From Saprospiraceae bacterium (GTDB lineage Bacteria > Bacteroidota > Bacteroidia > Chitinophagales > Saprospiraceae): a DNA stretch of 63,810 nucleotides. The position numbers were made by a program, and so were the translations under genes. The stretch is taken from positions 1 through 63,810 of the forward strand of contig JADLHE010000005.1 in assembly GCA_020848965.1 (NCBI GenBank), written 5' to 3'. The notes beneath the pieces are model-generated. The model ran no database searches. It had not been told where the DNA came from and saw only the letters and a list, made by a program, of their open reading frames with translations. Each line of letters begins with the position of its first letter. The stretch's first letter is position 1. Positions 43,820-52,820 of the stretch are shown piece by piece.

Positions 43820-44362
43820 AAAAAAATGAGAGCAAAAAAAGTAAGTGAATCAACGGCCACCATGACCGAAATGGTGATGCCCAACGATACAAACCCCCTG
43901 CAAAACCTGATGGGCGGCAACCTGATGCGTTGGATGGACGTGGCGGCCAGCATTGCCGCAGGCAAACACTGTGAAGCACATGTGGTCACGGCCAGTGTTG
44001 ACCATGTTTCTTTCCACAAGCCTATTGCCTTGGGCGACATCGTGACCTTAAACGCACGCCCAACGAGGGCTTTCAACACCTCCGTAGAGATTTTCGTGGA
44101 GGTGTTTGCTGCTGACATCAAAGGCGGAAACCCTCGGAAGTGCAACCATGCCTACTTCACCTTTGTGGCCATTGAGGATGAGACCCGCAAGCCGAAGCCG
44201 GTGCCGGAAGTAATCGCCTTGACGGGTGAAGAAGAAAAGCTGTACGAAAGCGCTGCACGCAGGCGGGAAGTGCGCCTCGTGCTCAGCGGACGGATGAAGC
44301 CAGAAGAGGCGTCAGAGCTACGGGCGCTTTTCTTGAGTTTCGAACCGAACGACGGGAACTAA
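43799..44362 (+). CDS. acyl-CoA thioesterase (hotdog fold, YciA-like)
   Basis: MPNDTNPLQNLMGGNLMRWMDVAASIAA...VTASVDHVSFHKPI. The start is uncertain, ATG 43799 or 43826. Confidence 0.8.
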   Translation: MARMTNDKKMRAKKVSESTATMTEMVMPNDTNPLQNLMGGNLMRWMDVAASIAAGKHCEAHVVTASVDHVSFHKPIALGDIVTLNARPTRAFNTSVEIFVEVFAADIKGGNPRKCNHAYFTFVAIEDETRKPKPVPEVIALTGEEEKLYESAARRREVRLVLSGRMKPEEASELRALFLSFEPNDGN

Positions 44363-44613
44363 AACCGGACAAAAGGTTCTTACATGTTTTTGTAAACAAT
44401 GAACATCAACAGCATCAGTAACAATACTGCGATACCCAAAGCTGTGAAGAACTTTTTGGAATCCCTTTTATCCAAAGTCTCGTTGCGTTTTTTGCTCTTA
44501 GTTGACATAATACTCTTGTGTGATTTGGTTTGTGATGAAACAATGCGCTAAGCAAAGGCGAAAATTAATAGTTCGATGAAAATCTACAAGTGATTTTAAG
44601 CATTATTTTCACA

Positions 44614-44659
44614 TAAAAAAAGAAGCCCCGACTATTTATGCAGTCGGGGCTTCTTTTTT
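44614..44659. terminator. bidirectional intrinsic terminator between convergent thioesterase and SRPBCC genes
   Basis: AGAAGCCCCGACT / AGTCGGGGCTTCT 13-bp perfect stem, flanked by A7 and T6 runs. Confidence 0.8.
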
Positions 44660-44675
44660 GCTGGGTATTAGAGGG

Positions 44676-45713
44676 CTACTTTGGCGATTCCACGAAGTAG
44701 TAAATCTTGGTCAACCACTTCGATTGGTCTTTTTCTACTTCTGGGTCTGTCAGGTATTCTTCCAGAACTGGGGCTATTTCCTTGAGCCCTTTCTCCTTTA
44801 CATAAGCAGTCAACGCCTCGTGGGCTTTACCGATGCCTTCATACGCTCCGTAGTAGTCAACCACGAGCGCTTTGTTCGCTGGCACGTCAAAGACCTTTAT
44901 GCTTGGGTCGCCCGCAATGGCTGTGCCCTTGGCGATGGGCATGGCCACTGCCATATCCGTTTTTTTGGTGGCCTCGTCCCAAAGAAAATATACGCTTGTG
45001 GGCGAACCAGCACCTTGCAATTTTGCCTTCTCCATCAAGCCCATCACCTTTCCGATGCGCTCCGAAAAGAAGGACTGTTTCATAGCTTCATCGAAGCTGG
45101 CTTCCTGTCGAATGCCCAGGTAAGTAGCACCAGGAAAGTTTGTTTCCTTTACCTCAAAACTACCCGTTGCAGCCGGGGCTGCGGCAGCTTGCGCTTCGGC
45201 CATTTTCTTTAGATCGGTAAGGCCAGTATCGAACATCTTGTTCATCATGCTACCTGCAAATAAGGCGGTAAAAATATTGGTGGGCCAAGGAGCATCGAAT
45301 GCCATGCCCCAGGATGTCTTGGTAGCACCGTTTTCGCCATCTGCTAGCTTGTACCAACCATCGCCGCCCCCTTGTCCTTCAAATTCGACTTTTACCTTTA
45401 CAGAAGTAGGTGGTGTTGACTCAGTAATGGTCTGCTTGCCGTTGCCGGAGCCTTCCGATGTCCATGAACTGACTTGCCCTACCCCAGAAGCCACTTCATT
45501 GTAGATGTTTTTGATGGTGGGGTCTTGTTTTTGCCAAGGCCCCCAGACGTCCTGGGTCTTGAGGTCGTTGACGATGCTGAACACGACCTCTTTGGAGGCG
45601 TTGATGTCAATGCTGCGCTCGTACTCGAAGTTTTTTGGCAGGAATGCTGCTACCAATATCGCAAGTGCTATGATGCCCAAAATGGCGAACAGGATTTTTT
45701 TCAAGATTCCCAT
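44676..45713 (-). CDS. membrane-anchored SRPBCC-domain plus GyrI-like effector-binding-domain protein
   Basis: N-terminal TM helix, SRPBCC-like IDINASKEVVFSIVNDLKTQDVW, and a C-terminal GyrI-like half (..GATYLGIRQEASFDEA...YYGAYEGIGKAHEAL). Confidence 0.55.
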   Translation of the reverse strand: MGILKKILFAILGIIALAILVAAFLPKNFEYERSIDINASKEVVFSIVNDLKTQDVWGPWQKQDPTIKNIYNEVASGVGQVSSWTSEGSGNGKQTITESTPPTSVKVKVEFEGQGGGDGWYKLADGENGATKTSWGMAFDAPWPTNIFTALFAGSMMNKMFDTGLTDLKKMAEAQAAAAPAATGSFEVKETNFPGATYLGIRQEASFDEAMKQSFFSERIGKVMGLMEKAKLQGAGSPTSVYFLWDEATKKTDMAVAMPIAKGTAIAGDPSIKVFDVPANKALVVDYYGAYEGIGKAHEALTAYVKEKGLKEIAPVLEEYLTDPEVEKDQSKWLTKIYYFVESPK

Positions 45714-46004
45714 GACAAAAAGTTTTAGTTGATAAAGATTTTGTTTTAAAATACAAAGCGAAGGTAATTATTTTTAAAAACAAAAAGTGTTTTATTCTAT
45801 TTTTTTCGACCTTGTTTGCAGAAAATTATTCCCTATTGGGCGAAATCACCCCAAAGGGAGTAAAAAAGGCGCTTTTCCACATTTAAGGCCCCTGTTTTTT
45901 CAGAAGGATTTACTTTTGCCCGCTTGCAGCACAGACTGCTAGTTTGTACCTTTTTCGTTTGCCAATCGCACGAGCTTTAAGCCTGTGTTACAAACCTTTG
46001 TGAA

Positions 46005-47408
46005 ATGATTTCAAACCGCTATTTCGACTTGATTGACCAGACCTTCTACTTCCCACAGGAGGGCTTCGACATCGAAGATGGCAACCTTGTTTTCAACGGC
46101 GTTCCGCTGATGTATTTGATCAAAAAATACGGCACGCCGCTCAAGCTGACCTACCTGCCCAAAATTGGCGCTCAAATCAAAAAGGCCCGCAACCTTTTCA
46201 CAAAGGCCATGAAAACCAGTGGATACAGGGGCAAATACAATTATTGCTACTGCACCAAAAGCTCGCACTTTAGCTATGTGGTGAAGGAGGTGCTCAAACA
46301 TGATGTGGAGATTGAGACCTCCAGCTCTTTCGACATTGACCTCGTTCGTCGCCTTTTTGAAGAGGAGTTCATTGACAAGCAGACGATTATTGTCAACAAC
46401 GGATTCAAGACCCGGGAGTACGCCGAGAAGATTAGCAGCCTCATCAATGAGGGCTTCGAGAACGTCATTCCCGTGCTGGACAATAAAGAGGAACTCGCCT
46501 TTTACGAAGAAATGGTGAAGGGACAGTGCAACCTCGGACTCCGGGTAGCCACGGACGAAGAGCCGAACTTTGAATTCTACACCAGCCGCCTCGGCCTGAG
46601 GGCTTCTGAAATTATCAGCTTTTATAAGGACCGCCTCGAAAAGAACCCCAAATTCAAGCTGACCATGCTCCACTTCTTTGTGGATACAGGTATCAAGGAC
46701 ACCATCTATTACTGGGGCGAGTTGAAGAAGGCCGTGAAGATGTACTGTGAACTGAAAAAGGTTTGCCCAAGTTTGACGGCACTGAACATCGGCGGTGGCA
46801 TGCCCATCCGCAATTCCCTGGGCAGCGAGTTCGACTATACTTATATGGTGCGTGAAATCGTAAATCTCATACTCCATGCCTGCCAAGAAGAGGAGATAGA
46901 AGAACCGGACATCTTCACCGAGTTCGGCAAGTACACCGTGGGCGAGAGCGGGGCCATTATCTACTCGGTGTTGGGCCAAAAACGCCAGAACGACGCCGAG
47001 CTTTGGTACATGATTGACAACTCGCTAATTACTACCGTGCCTGATACTTGGGGCATCGGCGAGCGCTTTATCCTCCTGCCAGTGAACAAGTGGCACAATG
47101 AAGTGCATCGAGTCAATTTGGGCGGCATCTCCTGCGACAATTCCGACTACTACAATTCCGAGATGCACGACACCCGTGTATATCTGCCTGTTATTGACGA
47201 CAAAAGCAAGGAGCCGCTCTATGTCGGCTTTTTCCATACGGGGGCCTACCAAGATTCGCTAAGTGGCTACGGCGGCATCAAGCACTGCCTCATCCCAGCA
47301 CCAAAGCATATCCTGATTTACAAGGACTCTAAGGGGAACATCGTGGATAAACTCTACAAGGAAGAGCAAAAGCCGGAAGATATGCTGCGGATTTTGGGCT
47401 ATATTTAG
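46005..47408 (+). CDS. PLP-dependent arginine decarboxylase-like enzyme (Orn/DAP/Arg decarboxylase fold)
   Basis: 467 aa. YGTPLKLTYLPKI...YCTKS (PLP-Lys context)...LNIGGGMP...GGISCDNSDYY. Confidence 0.7.
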   Translation: MISNRYFDLIDQTFYFPQEGFDIEDGNLVFNGVPLMYLIKKYGTPLKLTYLPKIGAQIKKARNLFTKAMKTSGYRGKYNYCYCTKSSHFSYVVKEVLKHDVEIETSSSFDIDLVRRLFEEEFIDKQTIIVNNGFKTREYAEKISSLINEGFENVIPVLDNKEELAFYEEMVKGQCNLGLRVATDEEPNFEFYTSRLGLRASEIISFYKDRLEKNPKFKLTMLHFFVDTGIKDTIYYWGELKKAVKMYCELKKVCPSLTALNIGGGMPIRNSLGSEFDYTYMVREIVNLILHACQEEEIEEPDIFTEFGKYTVGESGAIIYSVLGQKRQNDAELWYMIDNSLITTVPDTWGIGERFILLPVNKWHNEVHRVNLGGISCDNSDYYNSEMHDTRVYLPVIDDKSKEPLYVGFFHTGAYQDSLSGYGGIKHCLIPAPKHILIYKDSKGNIVDKLYKEEQKPEDMLRILGYI

Positions 47409-47413
47409 TAGGG

Positions 47414-47746
47414 CTAGTCCATCTTGATAGACTGGTTGAAGGTTGACAAGTCAATTTGGAGGTCAAACCCGTCCTCTTGAATGCCCCTCAGGAATATTTG
47501 GCAAAAGGAGGGGTAAATATGTCTTACTTGCTCAGCAGGGTAAATTTCAATGCAAATGGCCAAGGCCAATTGAAGGCTTCCTTTTTCGTCGTCCCCCCAG
47601 CCAAAGCCATTCAGGGAATGTGCCTTGATTTTCAGGCTTTTGTCCAACTTTAGGAATGTGTTGTTAAGCCAAACTTTGGATTCGGCGCCTGAATTGTTTG
47701 AGCGTAGCCCTCTCAAGCGAATGGCATCGGAAAGCAGTTTTTTCAT
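47414..47746 (-). CDS. hypothetical protein
   Basis: 110-aa ORF with an ATG start and no catalytic motif. Confidence 0.45.
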   Translation of the reverse strand: MKKLLSDAIRLRGLRSNNSGAESKVWLNNTFLKLDKSLKIKAHSLNGFGWGDDEKGSLQLALAICIEIYPAEQVRHIYPSFCQIFLRGIQEDGFDLQIDLSTFNQSIKMD

Positions 47747-47822
47747 AGTATTTGGTTTCTAGCAAAGGTAGCTAGAATAATGCAAATACTCAATATTGTG
47801 AATAAAAATTTACAAAAAGTAA

Positions 47823-48833
47823 TTATTGTGAAAATTGCTCAACTTCAAGGCCCAACCAATCCAGCGTATTTTTATAAAAAATCTTTTCCACTACAGCCGC
47901 AGGTAAATCGGACTCCTCGATGAACTTTCCAATCTCCAAATCGCCCAACGGGAAAGGGTAGTCAGAGCCTAGCGTTACTTTATCTTCACCGACCATGTCC
48001 AGTACGTATTTAAGCATGGCAATGTCGTGCGTAATGCCGTCCACCCAAAATTTACCGAGGTAATTGCGAGGGTTCACGGGGTTGTCCAGCGCCACAAGGT
48101 CGGGGCGGCAGTTAAAGCCGTGCTCGATGCGCCCGATGGTGGGCAGGAAGGAGCCACCCGCATGGGCAAAGCAGCAGCGCAGCCCCGGCAGTTTTTCAAA
48201 AACACCACCGAAAATCATGGAACAGATGGCCCGGCTCGTCTCGGCGGGCATGCCCACCAGCCAAGGGAGCCAGTAGCGTTGCATGTGTTTTTCGCCCATC
48301 ATGTTCCAAGGGTGCACGAACAGCGCCATGCCAAGGTCTTGGCAAGCCTCAAAAATGGGCAGAAACTGAGGCTCGCCCAGGTTTAGGTCGTTGATATTGG
48401 AGCCGATTTGGACGCCCACCAGCCCGACTTCCTTGCAGCGTTGCAACTCCTTGATACTCAGTTCGGTATCCTGCATGGGCAAGGTGCCGAGGCCGATGTA
48501 GTGGCGTGGTTTTTCGGCCACCAGTTCGGCAATATGGTCGTTGAGGAAACGGGAAATATCCAGTGTGTCGGCGGGCTTGGCCCAGTAGCTGAACAGTACG
48601 GGGATGGTACAAACGACCTGCACCTGCGTGCCGTGCGTGGCGTATTCTTCGATTCGCAGGTCGGCGTCCCAGCAGTTTTGCTCCACCCTTCGGAAAAAGG
48701 TTGTCCCCTTCATCATGTCCGCATAGCCCGGCTGGTTGTGCTCCAAATGGATGAAGCCGTCGTAGCCGAACTTCTCAGCCCAGCGGGGTAGGTGGGCGGG
48801 CATGAGATGGGTGTGCATGTCTATTTTCAGCAT
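47823..48833 (-). CDS. amidohydrolase-2 family decarboxylase, ACMSD-like (2-amino-3-carboxymuconate-6-semialdehyde decarboxylase)
   Basis: MLKIDMHTHLMP...FGY.G.I.L.H...NCWD...VPVLFSYWAKP...GLGTLPMQ...VHPW is collinear with animal/bacterial ACMSD as I remember it. Confidence 0.75.
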   Translation of the reverse strand: MLKIDMHTHLMPAHLPRWAEKFGYDGFIHLEHNQPGYADMMKGTTFFRRVEQNCWDADLRIEEYATHGTQVQVVCTIPVLFSYWAKPADTLDISRFLNDHIAELVAEKPRHYIGLGTLPMQDTELSIKELQRCKEVGLVGVQIGSNINDLNLGEPQFLPIFEACQDLGMALFVHPWNMMGEKHMQRYWLPWLVGMPAETSRAICSMIFGGVFEKLPGLRCCFAHAGGSFLPTIGRIEHGFNCRPDLVALDNPVNPRNYLGKFWVDGITHDIAMLKYVLDMVGEDKVTLGSDYPFPLGDLEIGKFIEESDLPAAVVEKIFYKNTLDWLGLEVEQFSQ

Positions 48834-48939
48834 GGCAATGAATTTTGGGGCAAAACTATCCTTTCCCTTTGGTGAATATATGAGTTTTGATGCTGTTTCT
48901 TGTATATGATTGACTTTAAGTATATTCTAATTGACCTCG

Positions 48940-48971
48940 TTTGGCTCGCCATAAATGCGCAACTACCTTTG
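48940..48971 (+). promoter_or_regulatory. candidate Bacteroidota-type promoter for the TonB receptor gene
   Basis: TTTG (48940-48943), 20-nt spacer, TACCTTTG (48964-48971). Matches the TTTG / TAnnTTTG consensus. Confidence 0.4.
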
Positions 48972-49035
48972 CCAAGCATTTTCAAACACCTGAACAAGCT
49001 AGCCTAGACCAACTTATTCATCAATATTTAGCTAC

Positions 49036-51213
49036 ATGAAAAAATCGCTACTCCCATTGGGCATGGCACTGTTTTGTGCCTGCATTGTTTATGGCCAAGA
49101 AGCTAATGATACGCTCAAACAGATTACTATCCAACAAATTGAGGTTTCCGAAAGCCGCAGCACCATCACCCGTTTGCCGAAGGCTTCGGACGGGTTTCTT
49201 TGGTCTGGCAAAAAAAACGAAGTCATCCAAGTTGAATCTGCAGATGCCAATATCGCCGAGAAATCCCCTCGCCAGATTTTCGCCAAAGTGCCCGGCGTCT
49301 TCGTTTACGACATGGACGGCACGGGCAACCAGGTCAATATCTCCACCCGTGGGCTCGACCCGCACCGGGGCTGGGAGTTCAATATCCGCAAGAACGGCAT
49401 CATCACCAACACCGACCTATACGGCTACCCGGCCAGCCATTTCACGCTGCCGATGGAGGCCGTGGAGCGCATTGAAATGGTTCGGGGAACTGGGGCGCTC
49501 CAGTACGGCCAGCAGTTCGGCGGTATGATTAACTATGTGATGAAACAGCCCGACACCTCTCGCACCATTGGGCTGGAAACGGTCAACACCATTGGCTCGT
49601 TTGGGATGCTGAGCACCTACAATTCCATCGGCGGCAAAGTGGGCAAACTGGAATACTCGGCCTACTACAGCAAGCGTGGCGCCGACGGCTACCGTGACGA
49701 CAGCCGCTCCGACTTCAACGGCCAGTCGGTCATGCTGCGCTATCGGCCCAGCAAAAAACTGAGCCTCACGGCAGAGTTTTCGCATTCCGAATACGTGATT
49801 CAATTGGCAGGGCAACTCACCGACAGCATGTTCCAGCAGAATCCCCGGCAGAGCACCCGCAGCCGCAACTACTACAGCCCCGACATTTATGTGCCCTCCA
49901 TCAGCCTCGACTGGGCCTTGGGTGAAAAATCTCGCCTGAAATGGACGACCTCCGCCGTCTATGGCAGCCGCAACAGTGTCATGTTCGACAAACCAGCCAC
50001 CACGGCGGATGTCATTGACCCAACAACGCTCCACTACGCCAACCGCCAAGTGGACATTGACAACTACCATAGCCATACTTCCGAGCTGCGCTTTTTACAC
50101 AATTATAATATGGGTAAAATCGGCGGGACGCTCGCCGCCGGGCTGCAATACATCAACAACGACCTGCACCGCCGCCAGCAAGGCAAGGGCAGCACTGGCA
50201 CGGACTACGACCTGACCGTTGCCGACGGCAAATGGGGCCGTGACATGCACTTCAAGACGCAGAACATCGCCTTTTTTGTGGAAAACCTCTTCCAAATTAC
50301 CGACCGCTTCAGCATCAGCCCCGGTGTGCGGGTCGAGTCGGGTGCGTCTAAAATGTCGGGCTATATCAGCTACCTGCCCGACGACGAGGTGCCGAACACC
50401 ATCAAGCACCAGTTCCCGCTTTTTGGCATCAACACGGAGTACAAACTGGGCGAACTGCAAACCCTCTATGCAGGCTGGTCGCAAGCGTACCGCCCCGTTA
50501 TTTTCAAGGACATCATCCCCGGCTCGCTCCTCGAAAAATCGGACAAGAACCTCAAGGACGCCCAAGGCTACAATTTCGAGGCAGGCTACCGGGGCACGGT
50601 AGGCGGCTTCCGCTGGGACCTGGGCGTGTTCAGGATGCAGTACAACAACCGCCTCGGCAACCAAGCCGTGCAGGAGGATAGCAGCTTCTATGTTTTCAGG
50701 ACGAACATCGGCAATTCGGTGACGCAGGGCGTTGAGTTGTTTGCTGAATACAATTTCAAACTTGGCGGCGCATGGAAAGCCACTGTGTTCAACTCAACCG
50801 CCTATATGGACGCCCAATACGAGGACGCCGCCATCCGGGTAGGCAGCGACAACGTGGACATCAGCGGTAACAAAGTGGAGAGCGTGCCAGCGTGGATTTC
50901 CCGCAGCGGCCTCACCTTGAAATACAAAACTGCCAGCCTGACCGCCCTCTACAGCTACACTGCCGAGAGCTTCGCCGACCCACTGAACACGGTGAAGCCC
51001 TCCACCACGGGCGCAGTGGGCCTGGTGCCAGCCTATGGCCTGCTCGACCTGAACGCCACTTGGCGCATCTCCAGCAACGTGACACTTCGCATGAGCCTGA
51101 ACAACTTGCTTGATAATCAATATTTTACGAAAAGGCCATCGTTCTACCCCGGCCCCGGCATCTGGCCTTCGGACGGGCGCAGTGCAAATCTGTCGGTGGG
51201 GGTGCGGTTCTAG
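49036..51213 (+). CDS. TonB-dependent outer-membrane receptor (siderophore-receptor size class)
   Basis: Signal peptide, plug-domain motifs (IEMVRGTGALQYG), and a C-terminal beta-barrel ending ..NLSVGVRF. Confidence 0.9.
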   Translation: MKKSLLPLGMALFCACIVYGQEANDTLKQITIQQIEVSESRSTITRLPKASDGFLWSGKKNEVIQVESADANIAEKSPRQIFAKVPGVFVYDMDGTGNQVNISTRGLDPHRGWEFNIRKNGIITNTDLYGYPASHFTLPMEAVERIEMVRGTGALQYGQQFGGMINYVMKQPDTSRTIGLETVNTIGSFGMLSTYNSIGGKVGKLEYSAYYSKRGADGYRDDSRSDFNGQSVMLRYRPSKKLSLTAEFSHSEYVIQLAGQLTDSMFQQNPRQSTRSRNYYSPDIYVPSISLDWALGEKSRLKWTTSAVYGSRNSVMFDKPATTADVIDPTTLHYANRQVDIDNYHSHTSELRFLHNYNMGKIGGTLAAGLQYINNDLHRRQQGKGSTGTDYDLTVADGKWGRDMHFKTQNIAFFVENLFQITDRFSISPGVRVESGASKMSGYISYLPDDEVPNTIKHQFPLFGINTEYKLGELQTLYAGWSQAYRPVIFKDIIPGSLLEKSDKNLKDAQGYNFEAGYRGTVGGFRWDLGVFRMQYNNRLGNQAVQEDSSFYVFRTNIGNSVTQGVELFAEYNFKLGGAWKATVFNSTAYMDAQYEDAAIRVGSDNVDISGNKVESVPAWISRSGLTLKYKTASLTALYSYTAESFADPLNTVKPSTTGAVGLVPAYGLLDLNATWRISSNVTLRMSLNNLLDNQYFTKRPSFYPGPGIWPSDGRSANLSVGVRF

Positions 51214-51260
51214 CTTCGCAATGACTTCCGTGCCCTATTTTTGCCCCACAAAATCACTTC

Positions 51261-52544
51261 ATGCAGTTTCGTTTGGCCTTGCTTTGCTTCGCAATATGCC
51301 TTGCCGTCCTTGCCCAAGGACAGCAAGACATATTGGCCATTCCTTTTGCTTTGCAATCCATTCATATTGACGGTTGGGGGGACGATTGGGACACCGACCC
51401 GTTGAATTTCACCGTAAAAAACACCTATACTTCCGATAGCAACCAAGTACAACTTCGCTTGGCTTGGAACGAACAATTCCTTTTCGGTAGGGCGCAAATC
51501 AGCGACCGACAGCTCGTTAAATTGCGCAGCGGCACCAACAACCCCACCCTCAACCTCGGCGACGCCATCGAAGTCTATCTTGACCCGTTCGCCGACAGCC
51601 ACGACCGCATGGACCTGAACGACTACCAGTTCATCATGGACGTCGGCGGCGACTACGCCATTTTTAAAGGCGATAAAAATTTCATCCGGGAGGAATACCA
51701 AACACCGAAGGACACGGGCTTGGCGACCATTGCCTTTGATTTTCTGGCGCAAAAATTCGGGACCGTAAACGACGAAAGCAACGTGGACGGTGGCTGGGCC
51801 ATCGAGTTTGCGCTGCCTTGGGCGGCCCTTGGCGTTCATGCTCACAGGGGCACGGTCTTCCGCCTCGATTTTTGCCTCGACGACATGGACGATGAGGTGA
51901 ACCTAGAAGATTACACCGAAAACGATGTGATTGAACCATACAGTTTCGCCAGTTGGCAAGGCGACACCACCTTTGGCTTCCCCAACCGCTGGCGGGCTTG
52001 CTGCCTCGTCGGCGAACCGGACACACTGACCAAGGCTTGGCGCTTTTCAGGCAAACGGGGCTTTCTGCTGCTGGCACTGGCCGTGCTGCTGGCCTTGGGC
52101 ATCGCCTTGCGGCAATACCTGCTCATTAGGCGCTTGCGCAAACTGCCCCGCCAATCGGAAGTGGAACTCACGCCAGCCGGGAACTGGGCCATCGAGCAGC
52201 CCATTGCGGAGCGCCCACAACTGCCCAGCGCCGAGCTGTTCGACTGCATGCGGGCGCTCGTGCTGGAGCGGATGCACGACGACCTGCGCCCCGAAGACCT
52301 CGCCTCGGCTGCGAACATGAGCCTCCGGCAATTGCAGCGCACTTTCCGGGAAGAACTCGATACCTCGCCACACCATTTTATCATCATGCTAAAAATGGAG
52401 CGGGCTTCGGCCATGCTGCGGGAAGGCAAATCCAACGTGTCGGAAGTGGCGTGGGCGCTTGGCTTCACCGATCCAGCGTATTTTTCAAAGGTTTTCAAGA
52501 AATATTTCGGCAGTTCCCCAAAAGAGTTCCAGTCACAGGCTTAG
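51261..52544 (+). CDS. membrane-anchored AraC-family regulator with extracytoplasmic CBM9-like domain
   Basis: Signal peptide MQFRLALLCFAICLAVLAQG. Ectodomain with IHIDGWGDDW...GDAIEVYLDP...WAIEFALPW. TM helix GFLLLALAVLLALGIAL. C-terminal AraC HTH (LRQLQRTFREELDTSPHHF...GFTDPAYFSKVFKKYFG). Confidence 0.7.
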   Translation: MQFRLALLCFAICLAVLAQGQQDILAIPFALQSIHIDGWGDDWDTDPLNFTVKNTYTSDSNQVQLRLAWNEQFLFGRAQISDRQLVKLRSGTNNPTLNLGDAIEVYLDPFADSHDRMDLNDYQFIMDVGGDYAIFKGDKNFIREEYQTPKDTGLATIAFDFLAQKFGTVNDESNVDGGWAIEFALPWAALGVHAHRGTVFRLDFCLDDMDDEVNLEDYTENDVIEPYSFASWQGDTTFGFPNRWRACCLVGEPDTLTKAWRFSGKRGFLLLALAVLLALGIALRQYLLIRRLRKLPRQSEVELTPAGNWAIEQPIAERPQLPSAELFDCMRALVLERMHDDLRPEDLASAANMSLRQLQRTFREELDTSPHHFIIMLKMERASAMLREGKSNVSEVAWALGFTDPAYFSKVFKKYFGSSPKEFQSQA

Positions 52545-52554
52545 CCGGAGCATT

Positions 52555-52660
52555 CAGGGTGGCCTTTGTGATTTTACAAGTGCGTGTCTGAACGTTCAGG
52601 GTGGCACTGCCAAAGTTTGCAGTGCATGTCTAAGCACTTAAGGTGGCACTGCCAAAGTTT
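52555..52660. repeat. 42-bp tandem repeat, about 2.5 units, upstream of the pectate lyase gene
   Basis: CAGGGTGGC starts at 52555 and 52597, and AAGGTGGC at 52639. GGTGGCACTGCCAAAGTTT is identical at 52600-52618 and 52642-52660. Confidence 0.85.
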
Positions 52661-52676
52661 TTGGACGCCCCGCACC

Positions 52677-52725
52677 ATTTTCAATTCTCCCTGCCTGCCG
52701 GACAGGCAAGAATTTTCAATTCTCC
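52677..52725. repeat. direct repeat ATTTTCAATTCTCC x2 flanking a CTGCCTGCC-GGA-CAGGCAAG hairpin
   Basis: Copies at 52677-52690 and 52712-52725. Confidence 0.85.
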
Positions 52726-52820
52726 ATTGGTTCTGCGCCTTTTTACCCGTTTTTGGCGCAAAATTCCATGTATGGAACTGCCATTCCCGCCGTGTTTTGT
52801 CCACAAAAAAAATCTGTTTT

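Noticed and set aside
44321-44560. Small minus-strand ORFs after the thioesterase gene, one frame ending in a hydrophobic tail ..FFTALGIAVLLLMLLMFIVYKNM
   Set aside because: My hand translation gave conflicting frames and starts. The ATG-initiated frame is not the hydrophobic one and overlaps the thioesterase 3' end. This is too uncertain to call.
46011-46979. 322-aa ORF on the minus strand
   Set aside because: It is antisense to the arginine-decarboxylase-like gene and has no motifs.
52584-52820. N-terminal 79-codon extension of the pectate lyase ORF
   Set aside because: It is a translation of the 42-bp tandem repeats (GWHCQS twice). The signal peptide begins at the ATG at 52821.
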